DNA of 64,000 bases, taken from the NCBI GenBank assembly GCA_951406725.2, contig OX597814.1:172298001-172362000 (forward strand), in the 5' to 3' direction. Below, one piece after another: positions 1 to 11,787 of the stretch (position 1 is its first letter; the number at the start of each line of letters is the position of its first letter). A program made the position numbers and the translations under genes. This DNA is from Octopus vulgaris. Taxonomy: Eukaryota. Below the pieces are notes generated by a model. The model did no database searches. It had not been told where the DNA came from and saw nothing but the letters and a program-made list of their open reading frames with translations.

Positions 1-212
1 TTACTCTTTTACTCTTTTACTTGTTTCAGTCATTTGACTGCGGCCATGCTGGAGCACCGCCTCTAGTCGAGCAAATCGACCTCGCGACTTATTCTTTGTA
101 AGCCCAGTACTTATTCTATCGGTCTCTTTTGCCGAACCGCTAAGTGACGGGGACGTAAACACACCAGCATCGGTTGTCAAGCAATGCTAGGGGGACAAAC
201 ACAGACACACAA

Positions 213-257
<45 letters not shown>

Positions 258-423
258 TACGACAGGCTTCTTTCAGTTTCCGTCTACCAAATCCACTCAC
301 AAGGCATTGGTCAGCCCGGGGCTATAGCAGAAGACACTTGCCCAAGATGCCACGCAGTGGGACTGAACCCGGAACCATGTGGTTGGTTAGCAAGCTACTT
401 ACCACACAGCCACTCCTGCGCCT
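1..423 (-). mobile_element. tRNA-derived SINE family A (CORE-like), near full length
   Basis: Minus strand reads GGCGCAGGAGTGGCTGTGTGG (A box), GGTTCAGTCCC (B box), then CTTGGGCAAGTG (CORE-like motif), an internal (TA)n and an (AAAGAGTA)n tail. Many homologous copies occur in the window. Confidence 0.9.
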
Positions 424-1728
424 ATTTTACTGATAGTAAAATAGAAATAAATTTTTTAAAATTTATTCTTTCTGTCCACCCGGTATCAAATGACTAATAA
501 CCCCGTGCTGGAACCCCGCTCAAAAAGAATGTAATGGTTGAAGTACCACTGGACAATATTGCTCGACTAGTAAAGACCTGTGAATGTTTGACTTCCAAAT
601 GTCAAGTGCCCAATCTATTTCTTCGCGTCAGCCTGGAATACATCTCCGCCAAAGAGACGAATTGTAAAAGAAACAGCCTGATGAGGCCATCCTACATACA
701 CTCGCCGTCTAGGAATCGATGATGAGCATTCAGTTTTCGCTCAAACAACTGAATTCCTTCACGTAAAATATGCGTAAGTGGCTAATTATTCCACGGACAA
801 TTGAACTCTTAAGATAATCCATTAGGTTGAAACAGCGTGACATAAAGCGGCTTGAAACTGGAATACCACCTTTGCTGTCTTTAATGCTTGCTGCAACATG
901 AAAATAATCCGGACCTATGTTTCACGCACATAATCCAGTCGGGAAGAGAAAGAGAGAAAAAGAGAAGGTGGAATTGAAAATGTTTTTCTAAAATAAGAAA
1001 TAATAAAAGGTGGAAAGTATTCGATAATGACTGTAAAGTAGCCAATAGTGTGTTAACTAACTAAATACTATAAAATAACGTGTGATGAAAAATTGTTGAA
1101 TCGCTGTGGATATAAGCAAGTAGGAGAAATAAACGAGTCACTGATTGCACACAGCTTATTTTCTGTTATTTAATCAAATTTATGTAGCCTTGTGCATTTC
1201 ATAGCGATAACATTCAACATTCATTGAAAAATATTAGGTCTGTTCATTATTTCTAATAAAAAGAAGCATGAACTTGAGTAATATTGTAAATATATTTATT
1301 ACATGCATTTGTCCTTTCTACTGGAAAATAAATAAAGCCATCACTTTCCGCCCAGGAAAATACTTCCACATTCTTCACTTACTGTTATTTATCTGTTAAT
1401 ATATTTATCTTTATTTAAAAAATTTTTTTTTGTGGTGGAAGGTACAAAACATTTTCATTTTTTTTAAACTTTCAATTCGTATTTTTTAATTTCCATTGAA
1501 GCATAGCATATGAACCGCATACCGTAATCAGTAGAATTACATTATGTCATCGTTGATACCAATAATCTTAGTGATAGTAAAATAATTAACATCAAAATAA
1601 ACGAGACAACGTAGAAGTTTTTACGTGATCAATCGACTTTCTTCATTGGAAAATTTATCTGATGCACAAAATTATGTGATTGTCTCTCGGCTGCGACATC
1701 TTTGATCGGAGATCTTATTTAGAGCTCA

Positions 1729-2472
1729 CCTATTTCTTTACTACCCACGAGGGGCTAAACACAGAGATAACAAACAAGGACAGACGAACGGATTAAGTCG
1801 ATTATATCGACTCCAGTGCGTAACTGGTACTTATTTAATCGAACGTAACTGGTACTTATTTAATCGAACTTATTTAATGAAACGTAGCGGCAGACGAAAT
1901 ACCTGTCCTATATAACAAGGACAGACAAACGGATTAAGTCGATTATATCGACCCTAGTGCGTAACTGGTACTTAATTTAACGACCCCGAAAGGATGAAAG
2001 GCAAAGTCGACCTCGGCGGAATTTGAACTCAGAACGTAACGGCAGACGAAATACCTATTTCTTTATTACCCACAAGGGGCTAAACACAGAGGGGACAAAC
2101 AAGGTCAGACATAGGTATTAAGTCGATTACATCGACCCCAGTGCGTAACTGGTACTCAATTTAACGACCCCGAAAGGATGAAAGGCAAAGTCGACCTCGG
2201 CGGAATTTGAACTCAGAACGTAACGGCAGACGAAATACCTATTTCTTTATTACCCACAAGGGGCTAAACACAGAGGGGACAAACAAGGTCAGACATAGGT
2301 ATTAAGTCGATTACATCGACCCCAGTGCGTAACTGGTACTCAATTTAACGACCCCGAAAGGATGAAAGGCAAAGTCGATCTCGGCGGAATTTGAACTCAG
2401 AACGTAACGGCAGACGAAATACGGCTACGCATTTCGTCCGGCGTGCTAACGTTTCTGCCAGCTCGCCGCCTT
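1729..2472 (-). mobile_element. Meta-domain tRNA SINE family B, head plus about 4 tandem 184-bp units
   Basis: Head GGCGGCGAGCTGGCAGAA, B box GAGTTCAAATTCC and Meta-like GTCGACTTTGCCTTTCATCCTTTCGGGGTCG..GTACCAG. Units start at 2054 and 2238. Flanked by TSD TTTARAGCTCACCTA (1718-1732 / 2476-2490). Confidence 0.9.
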
Positions 2473-2669
2473 ACCTTTAAAGCTCACCTATGGCTAATAA
2501 CAACATCAGCACAAACATAAACATAACAACAGAAGCGATATTAATTAGTAAAGAAAAATGATAATATTTGCAACAGCAATAATAAATATCTATATTTAAC
2601 GAAATAGATGCATAAATAAATAACGACCAGAGTTAGAGAAAACAGTAGGATAGTTATTGCCAAGAAAGA

Positions 2670-2825
2670 CGGCAATTTGGCAGAATCATTAGAGCGTCGG
2701 ATAGGTTGACCATGTCTTCCGGTTCTCTGTGTTCTGCGTTCAAATCCAGCTGAACCCGTCTTTCCCTTCCATCCTTTTGTGATCAGTAAATAAAGTACAA
2801 TCCAGTACCGATATTGATTTCAGCC
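2670..2825 (+). mobile_element. Degenerate SINE family B copy
   Basis: TGGCAGAATCATTAG..GTTCTGCGTTCAAATCC..CCTTCCATCCTTT matches family B. Confidence 0.6.
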
Positions 2826-2984
2826 ACTCGCTTTCGTTCTTTTTCTTTCCCGCTGAAAGAAAAATATTCGCTTTTATTTCCATGGAAAAGCAATTCCATG
2901 GAACAGAGATTCGCTTTTATTTCCATGGAACAGCAAACATTGAGGTTAAGAAAGGTGGCATTCCAGTTTCAATCCGCATTGTGT

Positions 2985-3110
2985 TATTATGGTTATTCAG
3001 AGTGTGTGGAATAATTAGCCACTTACACGTATTTTACGAGAAGGAATTCAGCTGGCTGAATGAAAACTGAATGCTCGTCGTCGATACCGATGGAGAATCC
3101 ATTACATTAA
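2985..3110 (+). mobile_element. Old fragment of SINE family D 3' region (inverted relative of 715-850)
   Basis: GTGGAATAATTAGCCACTTAC..GAAAACTGAATGCTCGTCGTCG is the reverse complement of about 715-800 and resembles the 23825-23960 tail. Confidence 0.45.
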
Positions 3111-3189
3111 CAAGAAATTTATAATGCAAAGAATTGCAAAGAATTTGAATGAATAAAGCAAAAATGGAAGTTAAACAACAATAATTACT

Positions 3190-3787
3190 TTCTTTACTCT
3201 TTTTAGTCTTTTATTTGTTTCAGTCATTTGACTGCGGTCATGCTGGAGCACCGCCTTTAGTCGAGCAAATGGACCCCAGGACTTATTCTTTGGAAGCCTA
3301 GTACTTATTCTATCGGTCTCTTTTGCCGAACCGTTAAGTTACGGGACGTAAACACACCAGCATCGGTTGTCAAGCGATGTTGGAGGGACAAACACAGACA
3401 CACAAATTCACACACACACATATATATATATACATATATACGACGGGCTTCTTTCAGTTTCCGTCTACCAAATCCACTCACAAGGCTTTGGTCGGCCTAA
3501 GGCTATAGTAGAAGACGCTTGCCCAAGGTGCCACGCAGTAGGACTGAACCTGAAACCATTTGGTTGGTTAGCAAGCTACTTCCCACACATCCACTCCTGC
3601 GCCTATATATTTATACATATATATAACGGGCTTCTTTCAGTTTCCGTCTACCAAATCCACTCACAAGGCTTTGGTCGGCCCGAGGCTATAGTAGAAGACG
3701 CTTGCCCAAGATGCCACGCAGTGGGAATGAACTCGGAACCCTGTGGTTGGTAAGCAAGCTACTTACCATACACCCACTCCTGCGCCT
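3190..3787 (-). mobile_element. SINE family A with tandemly duplicated 5' half
   Basis: Full copy at 3190-3605 followed by a second tRNA/CORE head at 3625-3787. Confidence 0.88.
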
Positions 3788-4117
3788 ACAATTAAAATAA
3801 CATAGTATTAAATATAATAAACGCAACAATAAAGTAAAAATAATAGTAACATATAATCACAACAACAATAACACTAACAACGAAATATAAACAGCGGAAT
3901 ATGCAAAATCTCACCAAAATAAGTAAATAAATACTATATAATTACATAAATAAATGAATACACATCTGTAAACGAAGATAAACAATAATATAAGGAAAAG
4001 AAAAGGGGAAAATAACCAAAAGCTCTCTAGGAGCACTGTTCAAATCAGTGGAGTGACCTGGGTAATATACGGAAGAGCAGAGTCTATTGCAGAGGTCTAA
4101 CAGTCTCTACAATATTA

Positions 4118-4159
<42 letters not shown>

Positions 4160-4342
4160 GTTTGTTCAGCTCTTAAATCCAATTCTTCTGTTCGCCTCAT
4201 CAAATCTTTAGTTTGCCTGATATTTCTGACAGCATTTTCTTTTTCAACTTGTTGATACACGTTTTCTGTCAGACGAAATCAAGTCTTCAAACTCGCCTCG
4301 CGCCATCTTTAAGTCAGAATGATTTCTGTCAGTCTGTCTGAA

Positions 4343-4450
4343 TGTATGTATGTATGTATGTATGTATGTATGTATGTATGTATGTATGTATGTATGTATG
4401 TATGTATGCGTACATGTATGCTTGCTTGTATGAATGTATGTTTGTATGTA

Positions 4451-4500
<50 letters not shown>

Positions 4501-4649
4501 TTGTTTATATGAATGTATGTTTGTGTGTATATTTGCATGTATGTATTCATGTTTTTTCATATGTACGTGTAATTGTACCAGTGTATATATCTTTGTATAT
4601 ATGCATATCTATTTGTATGTGTGGGTATGTATGCTTGCATTTTTATTAG

Positions 4650-4699
<50 letters not shown>

Positions 4700-4906
4700 T
4701 GCATGTATGTATACCTGTTTGTCTGTATGCATGTATGTATATATGCATGTATGCAAATATGTATGTTTGTATGCACGTATGTGTGTTTGTATTTATACAA
4801 ATGCATATGTACGTCATTGTGTATTGGGTGTTGTGAAAAGAATGGAACGCACATATTTGCCACTGTTGCTGTTGATGATGATGATGATGATATAAGGACA
4901 ATGGTG

Positions 4907-4961
<55 letters not shown>

Positions 4962-4970
4962 TAATAATAT
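4343..4970. repeat. Compound microsatellite field (TATG)n/(TA)n/(TG)n/(GAT)n/(ATA)n
   Basis: Directly visible; it is the source of the spurious overlapping ORFs. Confidence 0.95.
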
Positions 4971-5861
4971 CAAATAATTTCAAAAGGATCAACATAACAA
5001 TAATATTAACCAGAAGAAGAAGATAAAGAAAAATAATAGAAAAACTATTATTTTTCTTCAGTAAAGAATTAGAGAAGGAAGTTGGAATCGAAATAATGTT
5101 GTGTGCTGCACAAGTCTTCCACAAGTGTTTTGGTTGAAGTAAGTGATGGAACAGAACCTATGGAAATAGTATTAATTCAGAGAGCAAACACTGCCTGAAA
5201 CATTGATACACGGCATGATGACTACCACGACTACGACAACGACGATAACGACTTTTATGCTTATTGCTGTTGAGTTTTTGGCTTGTCATTTGCTTGATAC
5301 ATATTCGTATTACATCTGCGCTTTCTCTTGAGGCTCAGGATTTCTCCTCAAACGCAGAATGCTCACTGACCGCCTCGCAAGACATTAATGAGAACCAAAA
5401 CAAACACAGACACACCACACACACACATAACAAACATATGAGTGTTATAGGAATATATATCTATAATAATATATATAATAATAGGAATATATATCTATAA
5501 TAATAAAAGTATATCATAATAATTAATATATATAATCCGATTTAAAGCGACATGTATCTAAATTGACTGAAAAATGAAGAGCGAAATCAGACTAGAATCG
5601 AACCCACGTGTCAACGCTAACACGACTCCTTGCGCATCCGACTAAGCCAGGTCGCTCACCCATAAATTTCAGTCTTGATAATATACGGAGAAAAAGCGAC
5701 AACGGCAGTCTTTTGTTTTGATAAATGTCGCTTTAAATCGGAGTATATATGTTATTATGATATATTGTGATATAGTTATTATTGTATAAAAAAACAACTT
5801 TCGTAGACGTTTTTTTTTTCCGTGACTTATAAAACCTCCGGGTTTGTTTACAAATGTTGAA

Positions 5862-5995
5862 GCTTACCTCCCAACCACATGGTCCCGGGTTCAGTCGTAC
5901 CACGTGGCACCTTGAGCAAATGTTGTCGACTATAGTATCGAGCCGACTAAAACCCCATGAATGGATTTTTAGACGGAAACTGAACGAAGCCCGTC

Positions 5996-5998
<3 letters not shown>
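5862..5998 (+). mobile_element. SINE family A 5' fragment
   Basis: CCAACCACATGGTCCCGGGTTCAGTC..GGCACCTTGAGCAAATG..GAAGCCCGTCGTATA. Confidence 0.8.
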
Positions 5999-6035
<37 letters not shown>

Positions 6036-6084
6036 AAACAAGTCAAAAATAGAAAATGCTAAAATAATTTTATAGTGAACATTT

Positions 6085-6122
6085 CAGTACCGGTTTCGGT
6101 CATTTTGAGACCTTTTCAACTG
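6085..6122 (-). ncRNA. Minimal type I hammerhead-like ribozyme, U3-A8 core (mirror copy)
   Basis: Reverse complement of 6153-6190. Confidence 0.65.
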
Positions 6123-6152
6123 TAATGATTAAATAATTAAATTTAATCGTTA

Positions 6153-6190
6153 CAGTTGAAAAGGTCTCAAAATGACCGAAACCGGTACTG
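6153..6190 (+). ncRNA. Minimal type I hammerhead-like ribozyme, U3-A8 core
   Basis: CAG [TTGAAAA] GGTC-TCAAAAT-GACC [GAAAC] CG [GTA] CTG. Helix I CAG/CTG, helix II GGTC/GACC, palindromic helix III ACCGGT. Confidence 0.65.
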
Positions 6191-6729
6191 AAATGTTCAC
6201 TATAAAATTATTTTAGCATTTTCTATTTTTGACTTGTTTTTTCATATATATCAACTCGTGTGTTCCTTTTCACCCTTATATATATATATATATATTATAT
6301 TATATTAAATTAGAGAAAAAACCACTATTAGGCAAATCATATATATATATGACGGGCTTCTATAGTGCTGGTATGTGCGTGTGTATGTTTTTACGTATAT
6401 ACTCCTACGCCTTTGCGCCAACGTGTGTATAAGTTGTAATTCAAAAGTTCACATTTGTCCAGTTGTGGCATGTTAATTCTGCCTCGGAATTACATGAAAG
6501 TTACAAGTGTCTATGTAAAGCTGAACCACTGTAATACTAATGCAATGAGTAGGCAATTAGATCGATGGAACGATTGAATATTCAAAGTCGAAACCGACGG
6601 GGAATGTATGCATGTAAACGAACAGAACAGGATTGCAGGGACCACAAAAAAACCCCCAAAAAAACAAGAACTGTGGGCGTCCAAACCTAACTCCTTGTTT
6701 TCTGCCCCAACAGACCACCAGTCTCCGAC

Positions 6730-6847
6730 CTGTGGCAGAGCCCTCCGTGCAAGCATCGAATTGATCGGCGACAGCCGGACATATCGTGTCCCGTCTTCTT
6801 CTTCTTCCATGTTATGTCCTTGGTCATCGCCGACAACGACGGACGAA
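6730..6847 (-). CDS. Weak candidate exon containing a start codon (MEEEEDGTRYVRLSPINSMLARRALPQ)
   Basis: Unique, relatively GC-rich island with acceptor atcAG at 6849-6848, AACATGG Kozak context (ATG at 6810) and donor CAG|GTCGGA at 6729. No recognised homology. Confidence 0.22.
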
Positions 6848-8498
6848 CTGATAACGTATGAATGCTTATGAGTATATATATGTATATCCATTTGTGTCAA
6901 TATCTGTATGTGTGTATATGCATTTATATAAATATGTGTGTGTGTGTGTGTGTGTGTGTTTATGCGTGTGTGTATACATATACACATGAACAAATTTGTA
7001 TCTGTATATTCTTATATGTGTACATACAGTGTGTATGTATATTTATATATGTACTTGTATATATGAATTTATCTGTATGTGTGTGCGTATGTATGTGTGT
7101 GTGTGTGTGATATGTGTGTGCGTGCGTGTGGTCGTGATTTCCGTACGTTTCAGCTGAATGGAAGTGTCAGTGCGAGTGTAAAAGCCTTGATTGCAGAAAA
7201 CTGGCTTCCTGGCTACAGCACAATTGGTTTGACGGGTGCATGAGTAGGACCAGTTCCGTTTTGATACGAGAAACACAGCTGAAGTCGTCAGAGAGGCTCC
7301 AAGTTCATTCTCCGTGCCATCCACGCTTCATTGCAAGTGTTGATTGGATCTGTTCGAGATTTGAACATGGAGAGTAGAAAGAGCGTGTGAATGGCGTGAG
7401 GAAATATTGTAAGGAATAGGATTGGAGGAGAGAGCGAGAGAAAGAAAGAGAGAGAGAGGGGAGAGTGGGGTAGAGGGAGATAGAGAGAAAGAGAGAGAGG
7501 AAGACAGATACAGAGACGGAGACAGAGAGAGGGACAGAGAGACAGGTAGGGAGAGAGAGAAAGAGAAAGTATAAGGGAGATGTAGAGACAGAGAGATAGG
7601 CAGAGATAGAAGTGTGTGTACTTGCATGTGTATATAGCTTTCTCTGTGTATGTGTGTGTATGTGAGTGTGCTTGCGTGTGTGTGTATGTGTGTGTGTGTT
7701 TAGAGGGTAGAAGGGTGAGAAGAAGTAAAAAGAGAAAGAAACGAGAAGAGAGATAAGGGGACAGAGATTTATGTCTGAGTTTGTGAGTGTTGTTTAAGAA
7801 CATACATGTGTGTGTGTGTGTATAAATGAATATGTATGGTGTGTCTATGTGTGTGTTGTGTGAGGAATACAGAGGAGTAAAAGAAAGAGACATAGAGAGG
7901 AAGAGACAGAAGGAGAAAGAGAAAGATAGAAATGAAGCAGAGAGAGGAAACAAGGAAATGCTATGAATGCAAAGGCAGAGAGAAATATGAAAGAAAAATT
8001 GGATGTGAGAGAATGTGAATGTAGATTTGTGTGTATTTGTGTTTGTGTTTGTGTGGACAACAGACATGCATCGAGAAAACCAAAAGCATTTTATTATAGA
8101 AAGTGTGAGGGAAAGATGATGCTTGTGTGTATATGCTTGTGTGTGTTTGGGTGCAAGTGTGTGAAGTAGAGAGGTAGAGAGAGATACAAGAAAGCGAAAG
8201 ATCCAGAGCATGAAAGATATGTGGTTGCAAGTAATAACAAAAAGAGAGTGATGGAATAGATGCGCGCACGCGCACGCGAGAGATAGAGAGAGAGAGAGAG
8301 AGAGAGGCAGTAGGAAAAAAGGAGAGCAGAGGAGACGGATGAAAAGAAATAGAGAATTATGAATGAGTGTGTAAACAGGAAAAATAGTAAAATACAAAGT
8401 ATGGAAGAGAGCAATGGACTCTCGGGGGAAAATGTTGTATGGAAATAGAAAATAAAAAAATAAATAATAGATAAGTACTGATATTACTATTGGTTGTT

Positions 8499-8650
8499 AA
8501 GGCGGCGAGTCGGCAGGATCGTTAGCACGTCAGCTGAAATGCTTAGCGGCATATCGTCTCTTTTTCCGTTGTGAGTCCAAATTCCGCTGGGTTTGACTTT
8601 ACCTTTCATTCTTTCATGGTCCATGAAACAAATACCAGTTGAACACTGGT
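8499..8650 (+). mobile_element. SINE family B, diverged
   Basis: AAGGCGGCGAGTCGGCAGGATCGTTAGCACG..TTTACCTTTCATTCTTTC. Confidence 0.75.
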
Positions 8651-8678
8651 GAGGTCAGACAGACAAAGGCATTAACAA

Positions 8679-9097
8679 TTATTTCTTTACAGCCCATAAG
8701 GGGCTACACACAGAGAGGACAAACAAGAACAGACAAACGGATTAAGTCGATTATATCGACCCCAGTGCGTAACTCGTACTTATTTAATTGACCCCCGAAA
8801 GGATGAAAGGCAAAGTCAACCTCGGCGGAATTAGAACTCAGAACGTAGCGGCAGACGAAATACCTATTTCTTTATTACCCACAAGGGGTTAAACATAGAG
8901 AGGACAAACAAGGACAGTCATAGGTATTAAGTCGATTACATCGACCCCAGTGCGTAACTGGTACTTAAGTTATCGACCCCGAAAGGATGAAAGGCAAAGT
9001 CAACCTCGGCGGAATTTGAACTCACAACGTAACGGCAGACGAAATACCGCTCAGCATTTCGCCCGGCGTGCAAACGTTTCTGCCAGCTCGCCGCCTT
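8679..9097 (-). mobile_element. SINE family B dimer
   Basis: Head at about 9097 and two units joined at GAAATACCTATTTC (about 8857-8870). Confidence 0.88.
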
Positions 9098-9854
9098 AAT
9101 AACAATAATGAGCCAACAGTGAATGAAACTTCTAAAGAGTTGCTGGATTTGCTAATCTAAATCTACCCGAAATCAGCTTAACTTCTCAAAACAAGAAAAC
9201 ACTGGGCAAGCGATTCTTTGATTTTTAATCTCTTTGAACACATCGGGCTGGGCGGTGCCGAAGCATCGTCCCGAAATGGCAATTCAGCTGGGGTGCCACC
9301 ACTCACTTCTAAAGACGGTGACCGGACGATATATGCCAACTTATCCTTGAAAATGGGATACTTTTATTAAACAACACGGGCCCGACTACGGTGCCGTTTT
9401 AGAGGCGTTCAATTGTTACCACTTAGAGGCAGCATGGCATCAATCGATCGAACGCGCAAACCATTGTTCAGAAAGAGATTGGATAATGGAATTAATAGTA
9501 TATCATTTTTGAAAATAAAATACATGGTGATCTTAGCTGGTAGTAATTTTAACCCTAGTTTTCTTAATTTGGAGCTGGTCAAGACTTAAACAATAAAAAC
9601 AGCAGCCAAATGACTCTCAGGTCTTTGTGGTAAACTTTATTTGTTGACGAATTTAATACAATCGTCTGGCTCTTAAGTACTTTTGGCAGATTTCGTTTCA
9701 TTGCAAACACTAAGGCCAGTTTGAGAATAACTTCTTTCTATCTACTACCCAGTTTCGGAAGCTCTGAAGAAGTAAAGTGTCAATGGTACTGCGTTTCCTC
9801 CTATACTTAAACGATAAAAATGTCACACTATACCATAACATATTAAAGAAGGTA

Positions 9855-10143
9855 GCCTCGGCGGAATTTGAACTCAGATCGTAAAGACAGACGAAATATG
9901 GCTAAGCATTTTCACCCAGAATGTTAACAATTCTGTCAGTTCACCGCCTTTGGGAGTTTTAATATTACAAGATATTTTAATAGGAATATTTTCTATTCTA
10001 GGTACAAGGCCCGAAATTTTGGGCAACTGGTACTTAATTTATCGACCCCGAAAGGATGAAAGGCAAAGTCGACCTCGGCGGAATGTGAACTCATAACGTA
10101 AAGACAGACGAAATACTGCTAATCATTTCGCCCGGCGTACTAA
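9855..10143 (-). mobile_element. Two partial SINE family B copies (9855-9950 and 9989-10143)
   Basis: CCTCGGCGGAATTTGAACTC..GACGAAATA motifs. The second copy is flanked by TTTTAATRGGAATA direct repeats. Confidence 0.75.
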
Positions 10144-10697
10144 ATTTTAATGGGAATAATGTTAAATTAAGTACAGTAACCCTGTAAACCAAGGGAAGCT
10201 GATGTACAATTACATCAACAGAAAACTGGAGCTTGTAATGGGCAAGTTCCTACAGAAAAGTTATGTATAACGGGCTGGTGCATCCTTAAGTGGCGCAGTA
10301 ACTTAACCACATGGAATATAAGCCAGCTTTTTTTCAAATGATATTTGGAAATAGAGAAACCGAGGAAAAAAATCACCAGCTTCTCATGTGCATTGTTTAA
10401 TGAAACACAAGCATTTAATAATGGACCAGAGCTCTGTGTACTGTGCTTCCCACAAGGAGCTTCACGTCATCCGCCATCCTCCCTCAAGTTTAAATGAAAA
10501 TAACAAAAACTAATTTCGACTCACCGAAACATGCGCAAATTCTACTTTGACAATTTCAAAGACACTCCTTTATGCATGTCAGACGAAGATCAACGATCTA
10601 CATAGCCTGACATCGCATAGAGTTATCGAATTACTTTCAAACCCGTTTATATATACGGTCGACTAATTAAACGAAACGGTGGATCGGATGATGTACT

Positions 10698-10755
<58 letters not shown>

Positions 10756-10942
10756 ATATATATAAGGGATTACATCATCCGAACGACCGTTTCGTTTATA
10801 TATCTATCTATCTATATATATATGTATACACACACACATACACACACATAAACACACGCACACATACACAAACACACATATATATATCATTACATCATCC
10901 GAACCACCGTTTCGTTTATATATCTAACTATCTATCTATATC

Positions 10943-11042
<100 letters not shown>

Positions 11043-11559
11043 TGATGAAGCGAGAGCGAAGGGGAGGAAGGGAAAGAGATGGATAAAGAAGACGAGTGAG
11101 GAGACAATAAAATACTACACTTGTAAGGACCGAAAGAGGGTTCACTTAATATGCGGTGCAGAATATATATTTTACAAAAACTGAATACTTTTTCAGGCGA
11201 CTTGAGTTTCACGAGAATTCGATCTTACAGACAATTATGTTTTAGTATTTAATACTGTGTTCCTATATTGAAATGAGTGTGTATGTGTATGGTTGACTTT
11301 TGAATTCGTTGGTTTCTAAATATTGCTTTTAGGTTAGTGTTAATTTGATTATTGTTGTACTGCTATTATCTAGTCGCTCCGTTGGTGGTTTTTGTGGTTA
11401 TATCCCGCTTCTCGAGAATGTCTTTCGTATTCATTACTTAATTCGTGTCCTTTTTATTGATGTCTTGTTGTTCTTCATTGGCCAAATTTTTGGTTGCTTT
11501 GCTTTGTGTAAATAGGAAAAATTCCTAAGTCTCGTTGTATCTTTGTGTGGGTAGAGTTT

Positions 11560-11787
11560 TAGCTGGCAGAAGCGTTAGCACGTCGGGCGAAATGCTGAGC
11601 GGTATTTCGTCTGTCTTTATGTTCTGAGTTCAAATTCCGCCGAGGTCGACTTTGCCTTTCATCTTTTCGGGGTCGATAAATTAAGTACCAGTTACGCACT
11701 AGGGTCGATGTAATCGACTTAATCCGTTTGTCTGTTCTTGTTTGTCCCCTCTGTGTTTAGCCCCTTGTGGGTAGTAAAGAAATAGGT
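11560..11787 (+). mobile_element. SINE family B monomer
   Basis: AGCTGGCAGAAGCGTTAGC..GAGTTCAAATTCCGCCGAGGTCGAC..GGGTAGTAAAGAAATAGG. Confidence 0.9.

Larger units (their letters stand above)
6024..6251. repeat. 228-bp near-perfect palindrome (fold-back) in (TA)n; Penelope-like remnant
   Basis: 6024-6125 is the exact reverse complement of 6150-6251. Pairing continues through one T-G and 8 more bp to a 6-nt loop at 6135-6140. Confidence 0.95.

Noticed and set aside
676-700. CTGATGAGGCC as a hammerhead core
   Set aside because: No helix II partner or GAAA follows.
1729-2472. Regularly spaced repeats suggesting a CRISPR array
   Set aside because: Eukaryotic context, whole 184-bp SINE units repeated, no unique spacers and no cas genes.
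4319-5124. Long ORFs (235 aa, 171 aa) and the many similar YI/CV/HT-rich ORFs across the window
   Set aside because: They are translations of microsatellites lacking stop codons, with no protein-like complexity.
5459-5510. ATCTATAATAAT as a Helitron 5' end
   Set aside because: No matching 3' hairpin plus CTRR was identified.
7288-8397. 369-aa minus-strand ORF
   Set aside because: Made of (CT)n/(CA)n low-complexity sequence.
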